Source of the DNA: the human T2T-CHM13v2.0 reference genome, Homo sapiens | Assembly: GCF_009914755.1 (NCBI RefSeq) | Contig: NC_060932.1 | Direction: 5' to 3' (one strand) | Length of the DNA: 64,000 nt | Shown: positions 1 through 12,829 of the stretch, piece by piece | Numbering within the stretch: position 1 is the first letter of the stretch | Layout: the number at the start of each line of letters is the position of its first letter | Notes under the pieces: model-generated | Told to the model about the DNA's origin: nothing | The model's input: the letters and a program-made list of their open reading frames with translations, nothing else | Databases searched by the model: none | Program-made: the position numbers and the translations under genes

Positions 1-792
1 AAGAAATATATTTGCCTCCCAGAGGGTCCCATTATTTGACTATTCATAATTTGGTCACTCTCTTGACCTTCACACATGCCATTTCACTTTCTAATCTATG
101 GCAAGGACTAGGCATTGCCTAAACAAAAGTTGATGACACTGATTTGTTCTTTGAATCCATCATTTTCGTTAGAGGCAGAGAAGTGATAAATAGTTGGGGG
201 TCAATTGTTGAGACGTGGAAAAACAAAGAATTCCTCTTCATCCAGAAGGGATTCACATTTCATCTTACATAATTTATGTTAAAATAGCAGTGGTTTCTTG
301 ATTTTCACATGCTATTATAATTCTTCGGCATGTTCGATTAATTTTTTTGTTAGTTGGATGAAATGAAGAACTACTTAAAGTGTAAAGGATGATGTATAGG
401 AAGGAAAAGAAGCAAGAAAAATGAGGTGAGAAAGTGCTCAAAGATTGGTTTGACTAGAATGAGGTTGGTAGAGGAAGAATTTGGAAACGTTGATGTAAGC
501 TGATGTGAGCAGTGTGGGTCAATATATCTTTCATTATTATGTTTCTCTACTTCCTCAGATGTCTATTTCTGTTTTTAGTGTTTTGTGTGTGTGGGAGAGA
601 GATAGTGGTTGTAACTGACACTGTATAACGGGTGTGTGTGTGTTTCTATATCACCATCTTATATATACCCTTATTATGTACAAGGCACCTTTGGAAGTCT
701 ACCAAGGGATTCCTTATTCATAGATGAATAAGAAGTTTCTGCCTATTTGTTCAAAAGCAACCAAAAATGCTAACTTATGTGCTTTCATTAAG

Positions 793-833
793 GTATGAGC
801 AATCCTGCATTAACCATGGAAAATGAGACTTAA
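793..833 (+). CDS. ZDHHC2: ZDHHC2 palmitoyltransferase, last coding exon (G-MSNPALTMENET*); exon spans 793-867
   Basis: Acceptor cattaAG|GT at 791-792; translation matches the recalled ZDHHC2 C-terminus; TAA 831-833; donor AAA|GTACGA at 868. Confidence 0.93.
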
Positions 834-1712
834 CTCTTCAAGCAAGATAAATTCATACTTTATAAAAGTACGATAATTTTCCCTTTATTGTTTTATATTT
901 TTAACAGTCTTCTAATTTTATTAGGGCAAATAGTTTCCATAAACATTTTTAATAATTTGTGAGTGATTCATATAGAAGATCTTTTACCTGACTTGTGAGA
1001 TTGCATTAGCCATGCTGGGGCTTCTGAGTGCAGACCTAGCTTCAGTATTAGCTGGTATTTGTGTTAACTTGATTAATTATATAAATAAGTTGATGAACAA
1101 GAGTCATTTTATATTAATGCATTAAGTGGTAGGGATCAATCCTAAAATACTGAACTATATGTAAAAATTATCTTGTCATTTTATAGGAAGTTAGAATAAT
1201 TATTTTTAATTTTTCTTCATCTTTCAGAATATACAGTGGTCATATCCTTGACCATCCATTAGGAAACTCTAAGTCGAAGTGCAATATAATTATATCTCAT
1301 TAATGTACTCATTAGCACACTGTCATTCCCATTTTTGGGTCATAGTAGGGCCTTATAGCATGTGTTAACCTTAAAATAATAGGTGTTCCAAATCATTTTC
1401 TTTAAGCCTTATTTTTTTTTAAACCTGCAGTTCCAAATCAGTTTCTTTAAAATATGATCTGTTTGTAAGCCTGCAGTCAATAAAAAGCTACAATAAGGAA
1501 CCCCTTTGGAACAAACAACTATATAATAAACAGTTTACCGAGCTGAATATTAAAGATAGCAAGATAACTCTCTCTTTACATAACGGCAATCTAGAATCCT
1601 AAAGTCTATGAAAAGCAAGAGATTCACTTGTAAAACAAAATGATTTGCATCAAAGTTCATGGATATCTGTTTTTATTTGTCTGTTCTGGTTTTGGTAAGT
1701 TAGCCATGTATT

Positions 1713-1753
1713 GTCAGCAAAATGCTGACCTGGCAATTTGCCAGCTGACTAGT
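1713..1753. promoter_or_regulatory. Candidate enhancer core: inverted MAF half-sites + NFI palindrome + E-box
   Basis: GTCAGCA-AAA-TGCTGAC (1713-1729), CTGGCA-ATT-TGCCAG (1730-1744), CAGCTG (1742-1747), ACTAGT (1748-1753). Confidence 0.45.
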
Positions 1754-2589
1754 ATCTGATTTTGGGAAGAGCAGGATCAGCTCTGAATACCTGTTGCTAC
1801 AATAGGTCAGACTGACTATAACTGGTTAAAATAGTGAAAATTTCATCTGAATTTGATTAAATAGCAAAGACATTATTAAATTTCTGAAAATAATTTTAGA
1901 ATGTAACTATGAATGTAATTTTAGAGTATAGCTATAGCAAATATGAGTCACTACCAGCCAATACCACAAATAAAATATACAGAACATAGTTCTGTAAGAC
2001 ATAGAATTTCACAGGATTTTTTTCAATATTTTGAAATCATCAGTTGCAATAACCATTGTTTTTAAGGTCAGTGCTATTAGGAATTTTTCTGTGTGTTAAG
2101 TGTTTTACATATTTACATGGTAATATTATATAAAAGCCATCGAGACTTCCCAGTATTTTGACAATACCAGTATTGTGGTTATTTATCTCCAACACCTTGC
2201 ACAATGCCAGACACATAGTAGTTTCTCAACATTTGATGGATAAGTGACAAAATTAAAACATTGAAATTAAAAATCTGACAGAAACTTGATTTTATTAATT
2301 CAAATATGGCATGATTAGGCATAATCACAAAATGGCAGCATGAATCAGCGCTATAGATCTAAAAATACCCGATTTTCTGATGTCATGTTTTCTATTCTAT
2401 CGATACAACCAGTTGCAGTAACATGTTTTGTTTTCTTAAACTTTCCCTAAAGTAGCTAATAGAAACTAGACTTTTAAAAATAATTTTTTCCTGCTTTACA
2501 TCTCAGATTTGCAATTCATTCCAGTTGTATTTATATCAAATAATAGTTTGATACTGATGTGCCTAATTTATATTAAATATCTTCATATT

Positions 2590-2926
<337 letters not shown>

Positions 2927-3093
2927 CTATTTTTGAACTACAATAGTAAATGATGTCACCTTTTTATAAAATATTTGTTTGTTCAGCAGTTTCCAGATGG
3001 TTATAATGTGCCTAAACCCATAGTTAGTACTAAAAAGTAAATTAAATTTAGCTTACCAACCTTTCCTATCATATGGTATAAATAAAAAATGCT

Positions 3094-3423
3094 GGCCAGG
3101 CGTGGTGGCTCACACTTGTAATTTCAGCACTTGCGGAGGCCAAGGCAAGCAGATTGCTTGAGCTAAGGAGTTGAAGACCAGCCTGAGCAACATGGTGAAA
3201 CCCCGTCTCTACCAAAAATACAAAAAGAAAAAAAATTAGCTGGGTGTGGTGGCATGTGCCTGTGGTCCCAGCCACTCCAGAGGCTGAGGTGGGAGGATGA
3301 GAGGATGACTTGAGCCAGGGAGGCGGAATTTCCAGTAAGCTGAGATGGAGATCGCATCACTGCACTCCAGCCTGGGTGACAGAGTGAGGCCCTGTCTCAA
3401 AAAACAAAACAAAACAAAACAAA
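3094..3423 (+). mobile_element. AluJ-like
   Basis: Alu dimer with (CAAAA)n tail; GGGAGGATGACTTGAGCC is J-type. Confidence 0.9.
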
Positions 3424-3544
3424 GCTGTGCTTCTATGCACATGAAGTTTCAAAATCATTTCCCTAAATGTCCTTCCTGACTCAGTTGCCACTCCTAAACT
3501 CCATTCAGCCTCAGATGAATGCAGAACTAACAACATAGAACCCT

Positions 3545-3714
3545 GCCACTCACATTGAAGCCCCAAACCAGCAACATTGTCATGACCTGGAAGATTAATA
3601 GAAATGCAGAATCTTAGGCCTTATCCTAGACCTACTGAATCAGAGTCTGCAATTTTTTTTTTGCATTTTAATAGGATCCTTTCGTATATGCATATTAAAG
3701 TTTGAGCAGTATTG
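3545..3714 (+). mobile_element. MER5A/MER5A1-like hAT-Charlie MITE
   Basis: GAAATGCAGAATCT...CCTACTGAATCAGAGTCTGC...TTAAAGTTTGAGCAGTATTG resembles the MER5A1 consensus. Confidence 0.7.
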
Positions 3715-3873
3715 ATGTAGAGTTCCATATTCAAGAGCACGTCTACTGAGCCTGCTAGCATAGTAAACAGTTTTGAATGAGGGATATTATTGAAACAGAT
3801 TATGAAATGAGTTGGTTTGTTTTGCGTGTTTATGGTTAACATAGTAGTTTCATGTTTTCTGTTTCATTTCAAG

Positions 3874-6360
3874 GTATCAATGCTGTAGATGGATGGAAGA
3901 GGCTTCCCACAGGAAGGTGCCACCAGTCAGTTGTGCCTATGTCCCTTTGGCTGGAAATGCAGAATATGAATTGATTAGTTCTCTCCAAGCCATTGCTTAA
4001 AATATAACATGTTTTGGATCCAATACACACATTGTTACAACTAACACAAATTCCTATTAAATATTAAAAGTAGTTCTGGTTTATTAATCAACGGGGAAAA
4101 CATCTTCTCCAAAAAACTTGGAATAAATCCAAGGACCAGTTTTTACCCAAATATATGGGTAGCACAGTTTATCACATAGAAACTCCATTAATCATCTGAT
4201 TTTCCGAATCTGAAAATTGAGACTATTAAGATATTAAGATTTCAGAGATTTCAAGTCACATTATAATGATAAGCATTATTCATAAAACTTGTTACCTTTA
4301 AGAAGGTGGAAGTGGCAAACCATACTTCTTTTTTTTCCTCTGATGTGAATCCAGCCTCAGACTGAGTGAACTGTAATAATTATGAATTCATTACAGAGTC
4401 CAGGTGGCCTGCAGTTGAAGATCATCAACCATTTTTGCCTCACTTAATTCCAGCCTTTTGTTTTCTGCTGGAAAATAAGTGTGGACATTGAAGCTTGAGC
4501 TCTCAAAGCAGTTGGCTGGAATACTTTTGTCAGAATACGGTACATTTCTATTACATCAGAAATATATTTTCATCTCTTCTTGTTAAATTGGGAGGAAATT
4601 TATGATAGCAATTATGAAGATTGTTTTATGACATTCTTTTGTCAGTTTGGCTTTCTAAAAATCTCTTTTTAGATTATTTCTCCTGTTGAACATAGTAAAA
4701 CTATTGAATTTCTCTTAAGAATTCCTAATAGGTCAATAGATTTACCCTCCAGTGATATCTATATTATTTCTTTCTCGTCTCATCAAAATGATGACAGGTA
4801 AACTATATTTTTCCTTAAACACCTATTACAGTTAAATTATGCAAATCATTAAATAAAAATCATACAACTTTTGGAAAGTTAGTTCAACATGAACTAAAAT
4901 GGCATGCTATTTGGAAATTTAGTTTGAGATAAACTAAAGTGTGTTGATGCCAGAATGTTCAGCTTCAGTAAATATAATAAGCTCTTGTGCCTTGTATGCA
5001 CTATTTAAAAAAAGTTTTTTTTATTTGAGTCCAGTATAATTCATGTAAATGTTAACAATTAGAATAATACTCTGTATGCTTTTTTGATACTGATTTTGAG
5101 AATTTAAAGCAGATTACCTTTTAAAACTGGACCAACTAAGTAATTGGTATTTAATCAAAGAGAAAATGGTAATAAACTTTTCAAAATCTTTGTTAAACCA
5201 AACATTCAACACAAAATAAACTAGAAGGCCAGAGGATAATGGAATAAAAGATCATTGCAATTACTTATCCTTCCTAAAAATATAGTTTTATATTAATTGT
5301 GCTTATGGAAGAAACAATGTCAGCCAAGTCCATTTTATAGTTTGAGTGCAATTCTTTGAACAATAGAAATATCTGCAGTCTTTCACAGATTTGTATTATG
5401 CTGAAGAGTTTCATCTGACAATCTGCTTCAAGAAATCTCAGAAAATATGATAACATTTTAACTTTCATTTTAGAGCACGTTTTGGTCATTTTTAAAAATA
5501 CCTAAAGTGCCAGACCGGAACCTATAGCTACTGCTAGAAGTCTTAAAAAAACCAACAGCAGCACAGGATGTATTAAGAATTATATGAAGTCAGGTTTGTT
5601 TTTTTTTTTTTTTTTTTCAAAGCACAGTACTGTTAGCTGTTTTTGTGGACAGGATTCGATTAAGTATTCCCTCTTGTCAAACTGGAAGCTAGGGGAAAAA
5701 GAGGGATTTTTATCCTTTACTCTTCTAGAGTACTGTTAATGCCCCTTTCCCACAGTCTTTTATATAATTAAATATATGTCAATACACATTAGAATCAGAT
5801 TTGAAAAAGTTAAAACAATTTCATTGTTGTAATTGTTCCCTTTCTGTTTTCATATAGTGAATAACCTTTAAAGGGTTGTTTTGTTTTGTTTTGAATTATA
5901 GGAGTTATAATCTTTGGAGATGATTGCATATCTCATTAGATATGCAATATAAATTTATCTGAGTGAACAAAGTGCTAAATAAATAGATCTACATTTTGTA
6001 CATATTTATATAAAATTTACCTTTAAGTATTTACTTTAAAAAATTTAATGGCTTAACTCGAACTTGAAGACACATACTTCAACTGTCCTTATTGTCCATT
6101 AAACTGATAATTTTGATTTTTCTTGCTTTTATAGATTTTACTATATAGGAATCAAGATTTAAGAAATTTTGCATTAAAAATAGTGTACCAATGCTTCATA
6201 TACGTTAGTTATTTGCTATTATGTAGGGAAGAGGATTGTTATTTCAAAGATATATTAAAGAACAGTTGCATCTGAATATAATCATGATGCATTCAATGAA
6301 GTTCATATCCATGAATTCACTCCTAATATACCCTAATAAAGTGGTTGAAACTGCCTTTGC
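3874..6360 (+). other. ZDHHC2: ZDHHC2 terminal non-coding exon (3' UTR); may extend further
   Basis: Pyrimidine-rich acceptor tttcatttcaAG|GTATC at 3872-3873; AT-rich repeat-free UTR-like sequence; AATAAA at 6335-6340. Confidence 0.75.
6335..6340 (+). terminator. ZDHHC2: poly(A) signal, ZDHHC2
   Basis: AATAAA at the end of the AT-rich UTR block; several other upstream AATAAA exist. Confidence 0.55.
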
Positions 6361-8573
6361 ACTGACAATGTAAATTATTTTAAGCATAAATTTTCCTAAT
6401 AGTTTATTAGAGCTACTAATGGCAAAATTCATGTCTTCAATGTGGCCATAACATAGGTCTTGGGAGGGGTGGTGAGAAAATAAGGTATTTACTTTGTAGT
6501 AGTTAAGTGATTCTGAGGACAATTAGAAACAGACTATAAAACTCAACTACACTGTAATCAATAGACAACTATTGGAAATATGGCATATGTTGACAAACAC
6601 TTAACTAGGGAAATCAAAGATATAAATCATGTTTATAAAAAATTAGGCACGCAATCATGTGATTCATGCTTCAAGAAAATATATGAAAAAAGTGTTACTC
6701 CATTATGTTATAAACTAGCAGATTTTCCCTATTTTGAAATGCATGTAAACGGGCTCGGCTGATTCTGAAATTGTACTGTATCCTTTGGTATTTACTTATA
6801 TGGTCAAATACTTGTTTGTAAAAGTGATGGTTCTGATACCTTTGATCAAACATAGATACAAACCTCAGAAAATGGTAAATGCAAAGCAGTTTACGTTGTA
6901 AATCATGATGGTGTCCTCCAGCACAACCATCCCACCCACACACCTAGACTACAGATTCTGATCTGTGAATATTTTCACCAAAGTGACATTTAAACAAGTG
7001 GATTTTTCACAAATAACACGTGTTTAATATCTTTCTGCAGAAACGTGTTCTTCTAAAGCAGAAAACCACGTGGCTTAATCCCAAATGTTTTACACTTCTT
7101 TTCCACATACTTAGCCAGTTCAGCACCGATTTCCTCTTATATGTGGAAGGAGACTATGTTACATACCTGAAGTATTACTCTTTTACAAAGATACCATTAG
7201 AATTTTCTCACTGTCTTGGTAAAAATTCCTAGATTCTACTTTTTATTGCAAGTGTTAGCAATATGATCTTGTAACGCCATGAAAAGCATTAAGTAGAAGC
7301 CAACATTAACCTAGATTTTACAACTGAGCAATCTGTTCCCCACCAGATTTCCTTTAGAATTTATTACCAAAGGATCTTATTTTGTTACAGAACACAGGAA
7401 ATTGTTAAACCTTATAATGTTGCAAACCATGCATTTTCCTTTTCTCTTTTCCATAAGATTTTTTTATTGTAGTAGTGCCCTGGCTTGTAAACAGTGGACA
7501 TCACTGAAAGGATGAAATCAAGTAGGCTTGTTTCAAAGAGACTCCTGTGAATCAACTATGAATATGAAGTATCTCCCAGAACAATGTTGAGTGTTTCAGG
7601 AGACTCTGAAACAGGGCACCCATTTTTTTTTTCCTTCCTCAAAATAGTCTCCTTGAAATGTGAGCAAAGAACTATGATGATGCAGTCCAGGTATCTAATA
7701 GCTCAATCACCAACACCGCTGAGAATTGTTCTTATACCAGCAAAAAGTTCAAATACAATAACCTGGGCAATGCCAACAGAAGACACTTTTAATCATTTGC
7801 AGACCTTTCTTGTTGCAGGAAAGTGAGGGCAAAAACAAACTGGTGAAAAATGTTCAAAAATAGATCTTTTTGATGTTCATAGCCAGTATTCAGTATTTCT
7901 GTATTGTTTACAATTGGGGGAAAATGTCTGTTAAGGCTAATCATCTGAGTGATTTGAGTAGCAATTAAACCAAAGGGAAACTTTTAATAAGTTATTTTAA
8001 GCCCTGGTTTATGGCTAGTTCCCTTTTGCTCAGGAAAAATAGTACTACTTTATGGTTTATGAAAACCTATGATTTATGTTGCATCTTCCGGGGAAGGTTT
8101 AACAGTACAAGGAGCTGAATCCTACCTGAAATTATTAATGCTTAATATATTGCTTCTGTTTGATTGATAAAGGTGCTTAATCAATTGAAAAAAAAACGCA
8201 TAATGCTTCAAGGTAAAATTCCGTTGATTCTGAATTTAAAAAGATACTACAGAATGCGTCAGTTCTCCTGTTGTATTTTTCTCAGTTATGAGAGCAAGGC
8301 TATTTTGTCAGTTTAGATTTTGTGTCTTTTTCTGTCAGTATGTATGGCTCCCTAATTGAAAACATCTTAAATGAACTAATCAAACACTTATTGTGTGAAA
8401 GCTGAATACTTTAAAAAGCAACCTTAATTATAAACTCATCTTGGAGTAGCATGCAAATGTGCTAAAGTTATTTAAAAAACATATACTTAGGCAAGAAGTA
8501 GAGGACAGCCCCAGAATGGCTACAATGAATGGAAGGAAAGTCTGTATACACACATATAGCTCAAGAACAAGTT

Positions 8574-8579
8574 TTTATT
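8574..8579 (-). terminator. CNOT7: Candidate distal poly(A) signal of CNOT7
   Basis: TTTATT on + (AATAAA on -) at the end of a UTR-like block facing ZDHHC2. Confidence 0.5.
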
Positions 8580-9604
8580 ATGCATGGGTTTCGCAGTGAT
8601 ACAAGACACCTGCTCACAACTTACAGTATTAATTTTTTAGAAAAACAAAACAGGTATATGGCATGAGTGAAACAGTTCCCCATTAAAAGCACTTAAAACC
8701 TATGACATGGCTAGTAAGATGTAAAATATTAAGTCCCCTTGGGGTCTTGCAAACTTGTATTTCCTAACAATTTGGAAGCCATGATGATAGTCTGAAGCTA
8801 AAGGAACTCCAATTTCTTGGTATGATACTAAATAAAGATTCTTATCTTTTGGGAGAAAGAGCCAAAACAGAAGGGTGTGAAAGCAGTGAATTTCCCCTCC
8901 TATGACAATAAAGCAAGAGGGCAGATTATATTCATGAATGCTTCTCATATACAAAAAATTCCTCCATACCAGGAAGGAGAGTATTGACCAGTTTATCTTT
9001 AAAAAGAAAATGAGTAATTCTGGAGAAATGTAGCTTGTTCATTCACCTACAGACTATGGCTACAAAGCAATGAAATGGACTTCTAAAGAGAAATTGCTCA
9101 ATTGCTTTTATACTAAACGTTAAATGTAACTAATGCTGTAGAAAACTGTTTAAAACAAATGGAAATTGTCTAGTGATAATGTACATGAATCTTGTTTTCT
9201 TGGAATTTTCATTCTATGGTGACATTTTTTTAACTTTCAAAACCTGAAATGAAAATTCTGCAGGATTTGGATGTGTACAGTCCTACGTTTCTATAATGTC
9301 TTAATAGAAAAATAAATGACAGGTAACGTTGTTATAAATGAAACTCTCATATAAATTACACCAACATAGCAAATGGCATGTGTGAACTGGCCTTCACTAC
9401 AAAGCACCGACACACAGAATAATCAGCATTTTTCCTATCCCTTTATTTATAAATTCTAACACATTTATTTTATAGACATGAGATAACATATGCATTCATA
9501 ATTTGATTCCACCTCAGGTTGCCTACCCAGAGGAGCCACTGCATTTGGCAATGCAGATGAAATAGCAAACAGGACAGACATAGACCCTTGAGTTTCTTCT
9601 AGTA

Positions 9605-9617
9605 GAGAGGTGGACAA

Positions 9618-9652
<35 letters not shown>

Positions 9653-11828
9653 AAAAGGGCAGGTAGCAAATATTAGAGGCTTTGCAAGCTAAGACAAAAT
9701 GAAGGACATTATTTAGGTACTCAAGGAAACTTTTCACCAAATTTTTATTCTAAAAATTGAAAACTCAAAATATTGAGTACAATTTTTTTTTCTTTTTTTA
9801 GTAATAGAGTTCTACTAATGGGAATAATGGGATTTTTTGGCAGGGGACGGGAGGTAACATTTTGCTCAATTTGGGCTGAAAGTTGGTATCCCCTCATTGG
9901 AATAAATAGAAAATGTTAATCTGTTAATGCTGATGTGTAATGTGATTTCACGTATTTCATCTTTGAAAATGTCTTTTCACACAAACAGGTCAAGGTACTG
10001 CTAAATACTGACACATCCACCCATGAGCATGTGATTTTAGTTAAGCATATTCATCACTTGTAAGGCATTTGTAGGATTCATCTTTTTGGTATTTGCCCTT
10101 TAGCATGTCATTCATTCAAGATGATTCATTTCCAACAGAAGATTAAGAGGAAACTTTAAAAGCATTTAATTGCAGTTAAATGCTTTTAAAATTTAAAAAT
10201 TTTCTTTGCACTGCATCAAGGTCCAAAAAACTGCTACAGGAAAATATATCCACTAAAAATGGATTTGGCAATACAGCGCTGTTTTGACTTCTCATAGCAC
10301 AGAAAGTATATAAAGCAGCTTGACAATCTTAAGTTTTAGTTTTTATTGAAATGAATTTACCATATTATGTTGTTGTACCTTGTAATTTCAGGTCAAATTC
10401 ATTAAGAAACATTTTCAAGTCTGTGGCAAAAGTTAATTTCCAAAGTTACTCAGTGTTAAAAAACAGTGGTTGAGGATGGTTTTTCTCATTCAGAAAAATT
10501 TCAATGTCAGCCCAGAGCCCAAAAAAATAAAAATAAATCTTTAGCACTGCTAAGCCATTGAACGCCTGTGTGGCAAATCAAATCAGGATATTCAGCTTCT
10601 GTTTCTCACAAAAAAAAAAAAAATCATGGAACTGAAGATGGTTAAGTCCACAAGAGCAAATGAAGTTAACTGTTGACCAGTTCAGTAACACCAATATTTC
10701 CTGTGAAGTACCTGCTGATGAATAATCAAGTGAGTAACTACAGGCTTTAAACAACTTACGTTTTCACAAGCCTTAAAATTTGACCAAATAAACTTTTTTT
10801 CTGCTTCATGCATTTTTCCCAGCATCGGTTGCATCACATCTTAGTAGATTCCACTTCAGGTTGTACTGTTTATCAACTTTTTTGAAAATATTCCTACTTG
10901 TAGTTCCATACAAATTCTTCGATCACTTCAAATCCAGCAATGGTTTCTCAAAAAATAAAGCTAGGCAGTACTGACTAGTAAGAGGCAAAGAATTAACAGT
11001 GTCATTTGATGTTGTGTCCAAAATCCTCATTCTTCAAACTACTGTTCTCATCAAAGGGCTGATGTCTTAATTTTCTCTGGACACATGTCTTTGGGTTGGT
11101 TACTATCTTCAAGCACGATGTAATTCAGCATTAGTAAATGGTTTTCTTTGCTTGGCTAACAAATAGGCTACTTGTAAACATTTTGGTTGCAGCCTCATTT
11201 TTATTACTTTTGTGAAATTTTGCTGTGATGTTTCATTTAAATTTTCTAATTCTTCTGACTGTTGCTTTCCCACCAGTTGGGAATATTGTGATGTTAGTCT
11301 GATACTGTCAGTCTATTCTTTTACCAGTTATGGTGACACTGCATTATAAACACAATGTACCAGCATATAATAAAATAGTCCATATTCCAGTGTGCCTTGA
11401 AAGTGTAACATTCAAAGGTACTTTTCTTGTTCTGAGATACAGGGCATGAACTGGTAGCAGAAAAAGTAATAAATCTAGCAATACACAGGGCATTCCAAAT
11501 GCTTTCAGGTAATATCTGCATCACCATGATTCTGTAGCTTGCCAAGCGGCAATGTGAAACAAGACACACATACACAGGTTCTGTAGCAGCTACTCAACTT
11601 TCCCATTATAGCAAAAAAGTATCCATAGATAATATGTAAATTAGTGTGGCTGCATTCCAATAAAAACTTATAGACACTAAAATTTGAATTTCATGTAATT
11701 TTCAGATGTCAGGAAATAATCTTTTGATTATTTTTCCCAACCATTTAAAAGCCATTTTCAGTTCATGGGCCACACAAAAACAGGCAGCAAGCTGATTCTG
11801 GCTACGGGCCATAGTTTGACAACCCTTG
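9605..11828 (-). mobile_element. Near full-length hAT-Charlie DNA transposon (Cheshire-like, MER58 termini) with decayed transposase
   Basis: MER58-like ends; 8-bp TSD ttctagta (9597-9604) / ctctagta (11829-11836); minus-strand remnants FECYTFKAHWNMDYF, LYGTTSRNIFKKVD...LRCDATDAG, HLIIHQQVL, HTGVQWLS. Confidence 0.85.
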
Positions 11829-12014
11829 CTCTAGTAGATTTAACAGAATATATGAGCCTGTAATTAATTAATGGCTCAGTAACACTAAAATATCAGCCAA
11901 ATATCTTACATCTGGAACCTAGACTTTACAAACATTGAGACTGTCTGGAACAAAATAAAAAAGTAAAACTTAGACCCAGTAAAAGTCAAAATGTTCCTCT
12001 ACAAAAGTTACACT

Positions 12015-12285
12015 ATACGGTTGCTCAACCTACAATGAGGTTACATCTGAAAAAATACTAAGATGCATTTAATGCAGGCAACAGCATACAGTCCCCCAAT
12101 TTACGATGGTTCAACTTATAAATTTTGACTTTGCAATGGTGCAAAAGCAATACACATTCAGTAGAAACTATAACCCCATCTTTGGTCCTAAGGCGCTCCT
12201 AAACTTTTGATGGGGTTACCTCTCAATACACCCACTGTAAAGTTGAAAAATCATTAAGTCGAAAGTAAGTTAGGGATTATCTATA
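12015..12285. mobile_element. TcMar-Tigger MITE (MER47/MER127-like)
   Basis: Repeated TTACGATGGTTCAACTTA / GATGGGGTTAC / GTAAAGTTGAAAAATCATTAAGTCGAA motifs typical of Tigger5-derived elements. Confidence 0.6.
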
Positions 12286-12829
12286 CTTTTTAGGGACAGA
12301 AGCCAGAAATGATACAAGTTATGAGATTGAGCAACTATGTGGCTAATAAAAAGGCAATCTTTATCATTCCTATTTGAAATCCAGCATTGATTTCTCAAAT
12401 AGTTGAACAGAATTTAAATATTAGTTTTCTCAGCTAACAAATCACAAGCGAAAAGAAGCTTCACTTCCTTTTTAACGAAGACAAAAGAAGCCAGTTAGAA
12501 ACTTACTACATTGTGTTAGATTTTTTAAAAAGCCACAGTTATACCAAATGTATTTACTTTGTGAAGTATATCCTTCGGAATAAATGCATTCCTGGAAAGG
12601 AGAAACAGAAGTCAGTCCTTAATTAGCTAGTTGAGGTACTCATAAAGAACAAGAATAAGCCAACACTTGAAATGCAGAAAACTCAGACTGATTTTTCAAT
12701 TAATGGACTAATAATCATCTAGGGTTAATGAAGGAAGTTACTGAATTCTGTTGAGTTGCCCAAATAAAAATGAACAATATCCCCCAAATAAGTATTTCCA
12801 AAAGAAAATCACCAGTCATCAACATTTAT

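Noticed and set aside
791-800. AG|GTATGA at the ZDHHC2 acceptor (also 3872 and 28845) as recursive splice sites
   Set aside because: AG|GT is part of the normal acceptor consensus and the visible introns are short; no further support
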